DNA from: Ranitomeya imitator
Lineage: Eukaryota
Direction: 5' to 3'
NCBI RefSeq assembly: GCF_032444005.1
Contig: NC_091288.1
Span: forward strand, 201,686,001 to 201,750,000
Length of the DNA: 64,000 nt
A model generated the notes under the pieces. The model worked only from the letters and a program-made list of their open reading frames with translations. It was not told where the DNA came from and made no database searches. Positions 41,953-53,026 of the stretch are shown one piece after another. Both the position numbers and the translations under genes were made by a program. Position 1 is the first letter of the stretch. Each line of letters opens with the position of its first letter.

Positions 41953-43453
41953 GAATAAACCCAGAAGCCTCGCCCTAGTGAGCGAGACCCGCACAGCCAA
42001 CTGGGGGCGGAGGGGCTGCTGAGATGAGCGGCACAGTGACCATTTCTTTTTTTACATATTATGTTTATTATTCTCTAGGGTCTGGAGAGATGTAATGAGG
42101 GACGTTACAATCATGGAGAATAACGTCTCCGCACGTTGAATTTCCTGGGGGAAAACCGCACAAACAAGCACATTTGAATTTTGCCGATTAACTCATCTTT
42201 AGGAACAAAGTTTCAATCCAGCAGTCCGGGTGTTAAATAAATGAAATGACATGATTAAAAAAAAATGATGGAAAAAATGGGGGGGGGGGGGGGAGAAAAA
42301 GTAAAATTACAGACGTAACTGACATATTTCAAACCACATGTTTTTCTTTTTTCATCGTTTCTTAATGAGTTCAAATTATGTCACCTGTTTATATAATTTA
42401 ACTATCTTCTCTCCTTCCCCATTTTTTTCTTTTTTGACATTTTTAAATAATGTGTTTAAAAAAATTTTTGTTTTGTTTTTTCTTTGTTTTTTTTAACCGC
42501 TGGAATTGCTGGATTGAAACTTTCTTAGATCTAAAAATTACAAACATTCTTGTCTACATCCAGCTCCTGCAAATGTGCACCGTCCTAATACAGTTTATCT
42601 ACCATAGTTGTATCCAGTGGAGGCAATATTCGGCTCACCTTTTTAGGACTTTGCTATTGATGACCTGTCCTTGGAATAGGACTGTCAGCTCTGCAGGGGT
42701 CGGACTCTTTGCTTTCCCAACAATCGGCGTATTTAAGCGAGTGCTACATTTTTCATTTGCCAAGCTTGTACGGAGAGGCCGTGCCGGGTATGGCAGCTCA
42801 GGACCAATCACTTGAATTAGGACCGAGATGCAGAACCAGGCCACTGCGAAGGAGGAGCAGTTCTCGCCAACTTCTGATCTTTGGGAGAGCCAAGAGTCAC
42901 AGACCCCTTTCGATTTGATGGTGATGGCCTAGCCATTGCTGTGGGATAGCTACAGTAGATGCCAAGGACAGGTTACTCCTGCCCCCACTAATGCTAATTC
43001 TGCCCCCACTAATGCTAATTCCCTAGCAAAAAAGAAGCCAAGGATACAGGTTTAACCTGCTTCCAATGAGCACTGCCTGGGGGGCGCATAGTGGAGGTTA
43101 AAAAAAAACAAACAAAAAAGTCAAGACCTGATAGGGAAAACCATAGTGACCACCCCCTGGACAATGAGCTGACTGGGCAGTAAGGAGACCAGCAGGCTAA
43201 TAAGTATTATCATCTACCACCCTCCCACTGCACTCCTGGAAACCCCCTCAGTACACCAGTAGCACCAGTCTCCAGTCCTATTGGTTTCCTATAATCGTTT
43301 AGCACTCTTCGCCCTCTGGATCTAAATATGAATGTTTCCATTCACTGACAGCAAGCAGAGATCATGGGGGAAAAAATGGTAAGGAATCAAAACTGTGTGT
43401 TAGAAAGATTCGGAACTTTTCATTGATTTGTGTTATTTCCATTACATTCACAG

Positions 43454-43628
43454 CACAGTAACAGCGACTCTGAGATCGAGCTCCTGCACTTGCCTCCCTC
43501 CATACCCAGCGCTGTGCCAGTGACGGGTGAATCCTACTGTAGCTGCGACAGCCAGAATGATGCCTACTGTTCCAGCCTGCACACGTTCCACCAGATAAAG
43601 AGCTGCCAGTGCGGAGAGGAAGACGACT
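43454..43628 (+). CDS. SPSB3: SPSB3 coding exon 2
   Basis: HSNSDSE...[17 protein letters not shown]...CQCGEEDD; 175 nt. Confidence 0.95.
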
Positions 43629-43708
43629 GTAAGACATGGGAAAGTCCACAGTTCGGGGATGAAACCTACTGACCAGCTCTCACTTTTCTTCTCTCCTTTC
43701 TGTTGCAG

Positions 43709-43896
43709 ATTTTGACTGGGTGTGGGACGACTGCAGTAAATCCACAGCGACAGTACTGGGCTGCGACAACCGAAAAGTCAGCTTCCACATGGAGTATAGC
43801 TGCGGCACGGCTGCCATCCGAGGCAACAGGGTGCTCAGTGAAGGTCAGCACTTCTGGGAGATTAAGATGACCTCACCTGTATATGGCACAGACATG
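43709..43896 (+). CDS. SPSB3: SPSB3 coding exon 3 (SPRY)
   Basis: FDWVWDD...[17 protein letters not shown]; 188 nt. Confidence 0.97.
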
Positions 43897-44027
43897 GTAT
43901 GTACGCCATTCAAGAGTTACTAACGTGTGTTACCCCATCAGAAATGCACTATACATAGGGCATGCTGGTAATCGGCCCCTATATAGTAAAGGCAGTGTCG
44001 TAAATGTACGATGTTTAGCCCATTTCT

Positions 44028-45270
44028 GCCCTCGGATGGAATAGTATGATGGATGGCAGATCCCCTGCTTTGATGTGGGCTCCAGCAGTGAGCCCGCATC
44101 AAAGCAGGGACATGTCAGCTGTTTTGAACAGCTTACATATGCCGGAATGGCGGCAGATGGTATTGCGATCTACCCGCCACTATTAACTAGTTAAATGCTG
44201 CTGTCAAACGCTGACAGCAGCATTTAACAAGCACTTCCGGCTACCCGGCCTGAAATGTGCGCACCGGTGACCCCCGTCACGTGTTCGGGGGTCATTGGTG
44301 CATTGGCATAACCACTAGAGGTCTCCTTGAGACCTCTATGGTTGTTGATGCCAGATTGCTGTGAGCGCCACTCTGTGATCCGCGCTCATAACAATGCTGT
44401 AATTTTACTACATAGGAGTGATCTGAGCATCGCTGCTATGTAGCAGAGCCGATCAGGTTATGCTAGCTTGTAGCCTCCCATGGAGGCTATTGAAGCATGG
44501 CATAGGTAACAAAAAATCTGAAAAAAATAATAATAAAAGACATATATGTTCAAATCACCCCCCTTTTCGCCCTATTCAAAATAAAACAATTAAAAAATAA
44601 AAATAAAACCTACACATATTTGGCATCTCCGCATTCAGAATCACCCGATCTATCAACAAAAAAAGGATTAACCAGATTGCTAAATTGCATAGCGTGAAAA
44701 AAATTCCAAATGCCAAAATTACGGGGTTTTTTTTGGTCGCCGCAACATTGCATTAAAATGCAATAACGGGCGATCAAAAGAACGTATCTGCACCAAAATG
44801 GTATAATTAAAAACGTCAGCTCGGCACGCAAAAAAGTAAACCCTCATCCAACCCCAGAACACGAAAAATGGAGACGCTACGGGTCTCGGAAAATTGTGCA
44901 ATTTTTATTTATTTTTTATGTTTTTTTTGTTTCACCACTTATATAAAAAAAAACCTAGACATGTTTGCTGTCTATGAGCTCGTAATGACCTGGAGAATCA
45001 TAAGGGCAGGTCAGTTTTAGCATTTAATGAACCTACCAAAAAAAGCCAAACAAAAAACAAGTGTGGGACTGCACTTTTTTGCAATTTCACTGTACATGGA
45101 ATTTTTTTTCCCGTTCTCTAGTACACGACATGCTAGAACCAATGATATCTTTCAAAAGTACAACTTGTCCCGCAAAGAATAAGCCCTCACATGGCCATAT
45201 TGACGGAAAAATAAAAAAAAAGTTATGGCTCTGAACGAAAACCCCAAACCAAAAAAGCTCCCGGGGTTAA
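44028..45270. mobile_element. piggyBac-like non-autonomous element
   Basis: GGGGTTAA right end; same family as 55796-62764 in opposite orientation. Confidence 0.6.
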
Positions 45271-45689
45271 AAAGCATACAATTGCTCACTTCTCCAGCCG
45301 TTGGTCAGTCCTCTTCCTTCTGCCATCACACGCCACATCTCTGCCCTCTTCACTATGGACTTTGTTACATTCAGGCCTCAGAGATCACTGTGTATTGTAA
45401 GGTTGTGACCTGCTCCTCAACTTTGATGTGCAGTGACCTCCTAGGCCTGGAGAAAAATCCTGGCTTGTAGCAAAGAGGCTGGTGATGCAGTGGGCAACAG
45501 CAGAAAGGAGTGAACCAGATGGTGTACAGTGAGGTGGCTGGAGAGATGAATATTGGTATTAAAAAAAAAAAAAATAAAAAAAAAACTACTCACCTCTCCA
45601 GCCGCCTCACTGCCTGCCGTCCGGTCCTCTTCTTTTCGTCGTCGTGTCCTGCATCACTATAGGCCAGGACAGACCTCAGCAGAGAGTGA

Positions 45690-46035
45690 GGCTAAGTGCA
45701 CACGCTGCGGATTCCATTGCGGAACGTTCCGCAGCGGATTTGCTAAATCCGCAGTGAAAAACCGCTGCGGTTTATACTGCCGATTTACCACGGTTTCTTT
45801 TGTGGTTTCCTCTGCGGGTTTTCACCTGCAGATTTCTATAGGAGCAGAGGCAAACCCGCAGCGGAATCCGCAGAAAGAATTGACATGCTGCGTAAAATAA
45901 ACCGCCGCGTTTACGCACGTTTTTTTCCGCAGCATGTGCACTGCGGATTTCATTTCCCATTGCTTTACATGGTACTGTAAATGCATGGGAAACTGCTGCA
46001 GATCCGCAGCAAATCCGCAGTGTGTGCACATACCC
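45690..46035. mobile_element. TTAA-type MITE
   Basis: Related to 37271-37634. Confidence 0.65.
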
Positions 46036-47001
46036 TAAAGGACTGAATGGCAGCAGGGGGCTGGAGCTCACCGATAAGGTGAGTATTCTTTCTGCTGGCC
46101 TTGTTCCAATTTCTATACAAATTTGGGTTACAAACAAACTTGCAGAACATATCTAGCACATAACTGCCTCTACTAATTCTTTTGTTCTGTATTTGAATTG
46201 GGTTTTGTAAAACTCTATTGACTTGCAATGTACAGTGCAGCGAGTTTCTGTCATGCAAATTTTCAAGCGATTATATCATTTGTGAACTTATTCAGGTCAA
46301 TTAAAAAGTATATTAAAATACTAAGTCTAAAGGCTCCTATACAGATTAGGTCACTGGTGATTTTTTTTTTTTTAACTACATAAAACATATTATTCATAAA
46401 TTTTCTGTATTGCTAATTGTTTAAACATCTTAACATGAAACTTTATTGTGCTTGTCCACCATGATAATGTTTGAATTACAGTTGTACAGTACATCCGTGC
46501 CCACTGTTGGACACATGCACTCAGAAGCTATGTGCCAGACACTGGCCACAATAAAGGCAAATGCAATGGCATCCACCCATATAGGTATCTATTGCAAAGA
46601 AAAAAAAAAAACACAAAACCCACCCAGTGTGCAACACAGTATACTTCTCTATGTGATGGCCTTCTGTATAGGAAAGCACAGACTTGCTATTGTATTTGCC
46701 TGTACAGTAAAAAACAGTATACAAACACCAGCTAGACTGAGGCCAGAAAACACACTTTTGACCTTGTGGTGAATAAGGATTTATAGGAACATAGCAGTAT
46801 ACGTCACAGCTCCCGGTATAGACCAAGCACACGGCACAATGTGCGTTTTACCTTCGTATTAGCAGAAAGCGAAGAGTTGGGAAACGCTCATTCTAGTCTA
46901 AACATATGTGGCGTTTCCTTTGGAAACATATACAGTTTTCTAGCTGTAGGTATACCCACAGATGTCCCAGAGAGTAAAACAGACGGTTTTTCATTTGTTA
47001 G

Positions 47002-47104
47002 ATGGTTGGGATTGGAACGTCAGACGTTAATCTGGACAAGTACCGGCACTCGTTCTGTAGTCTGCTCGGAAAGGATGCCGAGAGTTGGGGTCTCTCATAC
47101 ACAG
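47002..47104 (+). CDS. SPSB3: SPSB3 coding exon 4
   Basis: [34 protein letters not shown](G); 103 nt. Confidence 0.96.
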
Positions 47105-47548
47105 GTAAGTGGGGTTATGCGATTAGATTAATGGCTTCTGTTGTATCCAGGCTCGGACTGGCCCATAGGGTAATGGGATTTCCCCGGTGGGCCTCTGTGC
47201 AGATTTGGGTCCCCAACCCCACCGTATGGGCAGTACTTGGCATAATTCACTCTGTACAGGAAAAAAAAGCAACTTCTCCTTATTCATTAACCAAACTATC
47301 CAGTCTATTATATAGAGATATAGGTAAATGTATAAACGAGCTAAGTGTAATATTTGTATGCAGGTGAAAAGTGCTCCCCCCAAAGTCAATGATACTGGTG
47401 GGCGCTTGGCAGCCCAGTCCAACACTGGTTGTATAATAATAATTTTTATATAGTGCCAACATATTTCGCATCACTTTACATTAATGTGGTATGTAGTAAT
47501 CTGCCAGTGGAGCGTCATTAACAGTACTCCTTCACTGTATGTATCAGT

Positions 47549-47554
<6 letters not shown>

Positions 47555-47603
<49 letters not shown>
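47555..47603. repeat. (TA)n microsatellite
   Basis: Direct. Confidence 0.95.
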
Positions 47604-47606
<3 letters not shown>

Positions 47607-47670
47607 ACTCTGAGTCATGTTGATCCTTTAGTCTGGTGGCCTTGAATCCCTTGTGTGTGACTTTGTGTGA

Positions 47671-48413
47671 GGGTACCGTTACACTAAGCGACGCTGCAGC
47701 AATATAAACAATGATGTTGATCGCTGCAGCGTCGCTGTTTGGTCGCTGGAGAGCTGTCACACAGACAGCTCTACAGCGACCAACGATCCCGAAGTCCCCG
47801 GGTAACCAGGGTAAACATCGGGTTACTAAGCGCAGGGCCGCGCTTAGTAACCCGATGTTTACCCTGGTTACCGTTGTAAATGTGAAAAAAAAAAAACACA
47901 CTACATACTTACATTCCCGGTGTCTGGTCATGTCCCTCGCCGTCAGCTTCCCGCACTGACTGAGCGCCGGCCGGAAAGTACAGCGGTGACGTCACCGCTG
48001 TGCTGTACTTTACAGCCGGCCGGAGCTCAGTCAGTGCGGGAAGCTGACGGCGGGGGACATGACCAGACACCGGGAATGTAAGTATGTAGTGTGTTTTTTT
48101 TTTTTCACATTTACAACGGTAACCAGGGTAAACATCGGGTTACTAAGTACGGCCCTGCGCTTAGTAACCCAATATTTACCCTGGTTACCAGTGAAGACAT
48201 CGCTGGATCGGTGTCACACACGCCGATCCAGCGATGTCAGCGGGAGATCCAGCGACAAAATAAAGTGCTGGACTTTCCCCAGCGACCAACGATCTCCCAG
48301 CAGGGGCCAGATCGTTGGTCGCTGTCACACATAACGATTTTGTTAACGATATCGTTGCTACGTCACAAAAAGCAACGATATCGTTAACGATATCGTTATG
48401 TGTGACGGTAGTC
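47671..48413. mobile_element. Palindromic MITE, inverted relative of 25323-26023
   Basis: Shared CTAAGCGCAGGGCCGCGCTTAG hairpin and termini. Confidence 0.7.
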
Positions 48414-48456
48414 TTATACTACTAATCTATAGTGATCTATCTTCTTCGTCTTCTAG

Positions 48457-48582
48457 GTTTGCTTCATCACAAGGGTGACAAAAGCAGCTTCTCCACGCGC
48501 TTTGGCCAAGGGTCAATTATTGGAGTGCACCTGGATACCTGGCATGGAGTGCTGACGTTCTACAAGAACAGGAAGTGTATTG
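48457..48582 (+). CDS. SPSB3: SPSB3 coding exon 5
   Basis: [30 protein letters not shown]...KCI; 126 nt. Confidence 0.96.
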
Positions 48583-48668
48583 GTAGGAGATTTAGCAGAA
48601 TGGGGTGGTCACACATTCCTCGGCAGAACAGAGTGGGGGTTGTCTTACATGTTCCTCTTACTTTCCAG

Positions 48669-49030
48669 GTGTTGCAGCCACTCAGTTGCGGAACAAGAAG
48701 TTATTCCCCATGGTCTGTTCTACAGCTGCAAAGAGCAGCATGAAAGTCATCCGCTCGTGCTCCTGCCGCACCTCTCTCCAATACCTGTGTTGTGCCCGAT
48801 TGCGCCAGCTGCTTCCTGACTGTGTGGACTCTCTGGAGGCTTTACCTCTCCCTCCTGGTCTCAAACAAGTTCTGAGTAACAAGCTGGGCTGGGTCTTACA
48901 GATGGGAATCAGCCCCTCCAGACAGCGCAAAAGTGACACTGTAGCCACCGCCTCCTGCGGGAGCGACTCGGATAGCAGCTGCCCACTGGGCCCGGAAGAC
49001 TGTCAACGGAAACGGTGCCGCAGGGTTTAG
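48669..49030 (+). CDS. SPSB3: SPSB3 last coding exon (SOCS box); full CDS 1083 nt, 360 aa
   Basis: ...[12 protein letters not shown]...[11 protein letters not shown]...CQRKRCRRV*. Confidence 0.96.
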
Positions 49031-51005
49031 CGGTAAGAGGTGCCGCCATGGTGCCCGCAGTCTGCCGTATCATCCCACTGTGAACTTTTGCAAGGACGGA
49101 ATATAAAAATGCAAAGACCTCCCAAGCTGATTATAGATCTTAAAGGGACACATGGAAACTGGAGCGGTGCTCTGATCTCGTCATTTGGTGACCTTGAAAT
49201 ATCAGAATGATGGTGCTAGAATAAGACAGCTGAAGACTAGTTTTCGGTTTGCTATGGCTGTCTCTCTGCCTTAGGTGGGGCACAATTTGTAACATCTGAC
49301 ATGCCATTTAATTGGCGTTTGTCCAGAATCAAAGATGGGGGAGAAAAAAATGCTCTCCCGACACAGGAACAGCACCACTCTTTACCTGTGTCTTTTATTG
49401 CAGCGTATAACTAATAAAGTGAATGCTGCAATACCAGAGTGGCGCTGACCCCCTTATTCTAATCGTGGACACCTCCTGTACTCGTATCCTTAAAAATGAA
49501 GCGGTCTGTTTTCTACCATCACTTTAATAGGATCTGTAAAACAACTGGGGTTTTTGCTACTAAAAACTGAACAATGAGACCCAGTGATCGTTGAATGGCT
49601 ACTGCTTGGACCTGAGTGACTCTTAGAAACTAGCATTTAACAGTTCTGTAGGCATTTCAATGACGTGTAATACTTAGGGCGAAGTAAAAGTTACCTGGGG
49701 CCTGCAGAACCCCCCTCAAGGCTCAAACTGTTGGTTGATATCACGGTGACATTAATGGGTTTCTGTATGAACAATATCCATCCAGGATCTGTAGAGACCA
49801 CATCCATATACTGTTATCAGGGTAACTGTACATTGTACTGTTTGTCCTCCTACCAACGTCATATTTACAGCTGTTTTTATTTTATTTTTTCCCTGCTCCA
49901 TTAGGACACTATGCGTTGGATGGGTTTGGGTTGTGGTGTAGTCTGCTTAATGTTACTGCTAGGATCTCATGTAGACTTCTTGTTTTAACACCTATATGTC
50001 AATGAAATACAGCTTGGATTACTTTATTTTTAACCTAGCCGTTATTTTTTGTATGCCTTGTGATATAGTCTGCACCGCGACCGCAGCCTTTCCCAAAGAA
50101 AAATGTTCTACCTTCCCACGACTCGATCCAATCTCGTACAGTCGAGGTGACCGCTGGCAGACAAACCTTCCTCCAGGCCCACCTTCATTGACATGCATGC
50201 TTGGCTCGCCTGAAGGGCCATGCGCACCCAATGGGGAAAAGGTAATAAGCTTGTGCCAGACCCTTCTGCTCATCTCCCGTGTGGACAAAGGATCAGGCAT
50301 GTGGAAACCTTAACTGCCTCATTATTTTCATGTCTTTACATCTGTCACTAATAAATTAAATACCCCCATATATTCAAATTGTACCCAATGTCACAGAGTT
50401 CAGAACTCAAAAACTTTAGTCCCTGCACAAGATTATTAATATTATTTTTTAATATATTATGACATTTACACTTTTCCAACTAATAATCTTAATTACAAAA
50501 TATCCCATTGTGTAGTGTATAGTGCCCTATGATCATAGACCAGTCACATGACTAGTTTCAAATTAAAACTGCTTGTTCGTCAGGTGAAATGATTTTTAAG
50601 CTTGTTTATTGTCCAGTACACACACAGGTCTGGATAGGAACAGATTACCCACAAATGGCAGTGGCGGTAGAAATATATCTCCTATTTCATATACTCCAAA
50701 ATAGGAGAAATTATATAAAAGTCTACAACTTCTAGACCACGAACATATCCTATGTATAATCTGATACTACAGTCATGGTTATACTTGATGGTCTATGATT
50801 GTAGTTCTACGGAGGAGCTGTAAACACTAAACGGTAGCAGTTTAGTATATTTTGTATTTATTTTATTTATAGATTAACTGTTTAGTTAATCTAACTATGC
50901 AATTTTTTTTTATACATTTATATCAAAACTGCTACCATTCAGTGTGAACAGCTCCCATGTAGAACTGCAATCATAGACTAACCATAACTGTAGTATCAGA
51001 CTACA

Positions 51006-52003
51006 CAGGGTGGGCCATTTATATGGATACACCTGGGTGGGCCATTTATAAAGTTGCATCCAAAATGGCCGCCATGGTCACCACTAGTGTTGAGCATTCC
51101 GATACCGCAAGTATCGGGTATCGGCCGATACTTGCGGTATCGGAATTCCGATACCGAGATCCGATACTTTTGTGGTATCGGGTATCGGTATCGGATACAT
51201 AGAGATGTGTAAAATAAAGAATTAAAATAAAAAATATTGATATATTTACCTCTCCGGCGGCCCCTGGACTCAGCGCGGGTAACCGGCAGGCTTCGTTGTT
51301 CAAAATCAGCGCTTTTAGGACCTGAGAATCACGTCCCGGCTTCTGATTGGTCGCGGGCCGCCCATGTGACCGCCACGCGACCAATCACAAGCCGCGACGT
51401 CACCGCAAGCTATTAACGCGCTCATTTTTAAAAATGAGCGCGTTAATGGCTTTCAAAGACGTAGCGGCTTGTGATTGGTCGCGTAGCGGTCACATGGGCG
51501 GCCCGCGACCAATCAGAAGCCGGGACGTGATTCTCAGGTCCTAAAAGCGCTGATTTTGAACAACGAAGCCTGCCGGTTACCCGCGCTGAGTTCAGGGGCC
51601 GCCGGAGAGGTAAATATATCAATATTTTTTATTTTAATTCTTTATTTTACACATCCCTATGGATCCCAGGGCCTGAAGGAGAGTTTCCTCTCCTTCAGAC
51701 CCTGGGAACCATGAGAATACCTTCCGATACTTGGTGTCCCATTGACTTGTATTGGTATCGGATATCGGTATCGGAGATATCCGATATTTTTCGGGTATCG
51801 GCCGATACTATCCGATACCGATACTTTCAAGTATCGGACGGTATCACTCAACACTAGTCACCACCCATCTTGAAAAGTTTTCCCTCTCCCATATACTAAT
51901 GTGCCACAAATATGAAGTTGATATCATCAACCATTCCCATTTTATTTAGGTATATCCATATAAGTGGCCCACCAAGGTGTATCCATATAAATGCCCCACC
52001 CTG
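51006..52003. mobile_element. Tc1/mariner-type MITE interrupted by a second palindromic MITE (51084-51857)
   Basis: CAGGGTGGGCCATTTATATGGATACACC and its inverse ending CACCCTG-TA; inner CTAGTGTTGAG...CTCAACACTAG. Confidence 0.7.
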
Positions 52004-52364
52004 TACTTATATATAACATAATGAGAACAGGAACTGTATACTCAAAATGTAATGGTTTCATTTTTTTTTTTTTTTATTATACATTGAGTAAAAAAAAATA
52101 TATATATATTGCAGAAGTGTACAAACCCTTCAAGAAATAATGAAGAGACAAGTATTAATATGCCATAAGGGCGAGTTCCCTGCCACCGCAGCACCACAAG
52201 GTGTCCTCTCAGCCGTACTGTTATATTCTTATGCACTGCACCAGCCGACACAGGGTCATTTCATTATTACAGACATTTAAATCCACCATAGAAAAAAGAT
52301 TTCATACTTCTTACTGGTCAGGTCTGTTAGGAACTAATTCCAGCACTTGCTACGGCCCCAGGTG

Positions 52365-52601
52365 CTATGAATTCAGATCCAACACTAGTTCCGGATTAGT
52401 CGCAGTCATGAAAAGCCAAATCCGTCGTGATAAATCTGGACCGATTCGTCTTCCCCTCCTCCCAGCTGGTTCATCACCTTGTGTGTTGCTGGAATCATCA
52501 TCTGGGTCATCGCCCTCTTCTGTGTCGCCCGCCCTACGTGGTACCCGTAGATCAGACAGAAGAGAGAGTTTTTCCCTTTCAGTATTGCACCCAGCGTAAG
52601 C
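52365..52601 (-). CDS. EME2: EME2 last exon
   Basis: AYAGCNTERE...RRIGPDLSRRIWLFMTATNPELVLDLNS*. Confidence 0.92.
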   Translation of the reverse strand, partial: AYAGCNTEREKLSLLSDLRVPRRAGDTEEGDDPDDDSSNTQGDEPAGRRGRRIGPDLSRRIWLFMTATNPELVLDLNS

Positions 52602-52695
52602 CTGGAGAGGGCGAAGATAAAAAAGCGACTATGGAAACCAATACATAATGGAGTATATATTGTAGAGAGCTACTACTGTGCATGCTACAACTAAC

Positions 52696-52885
52696 CTGCA
52701 TGAGAAGCTGCGGGGAAGGATAAGCCTCGGTTATGGCTGCAGCCATTGCCGGACTAACTCTGTTTAACTGTTGAATTTGCCTACTCCAAACCAGAGGTAA
52801 ACCTGTGAGTGATCCTCGAGGACCCCAACCTCGCCAGCTGCCCACCGAGGTGCAGAATGAGTACGACTGAGCTTCACAATGTTTC
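52696..52885 (-). CDS. EME2: EME2 penultimate exon
   Basis: KHCEAQSYSFC...WSRQIQQLNRVSPAMAAAITEAYPSPQLLMQ; 190 nt. Confidence 0.93.
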
Positions 52886-53026
52886 CTACGGACAAATAAA
52901 ATATGTGACATAAACAAAACCTACAAAGAGCGGGGTCAACACTATTGTAATTAGCATTTTTGTGGGTCAGTATATTAACAACATTACCACATTTGCATAG
53001 CTCTTGACTATTTTACTAGCTTAAAA

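Noticed and set aside
42635-42930. Minus-strand ORF ending at a GTGAG donor
   Set aside because: No recognisable protein; probably a decayed LINE piece antisense in an SPSB3 intron
49996-50313. ORFs on both strands downstream of SPSB3
   Set aside because: No homology recognised; likely 3' UTR or intergenic
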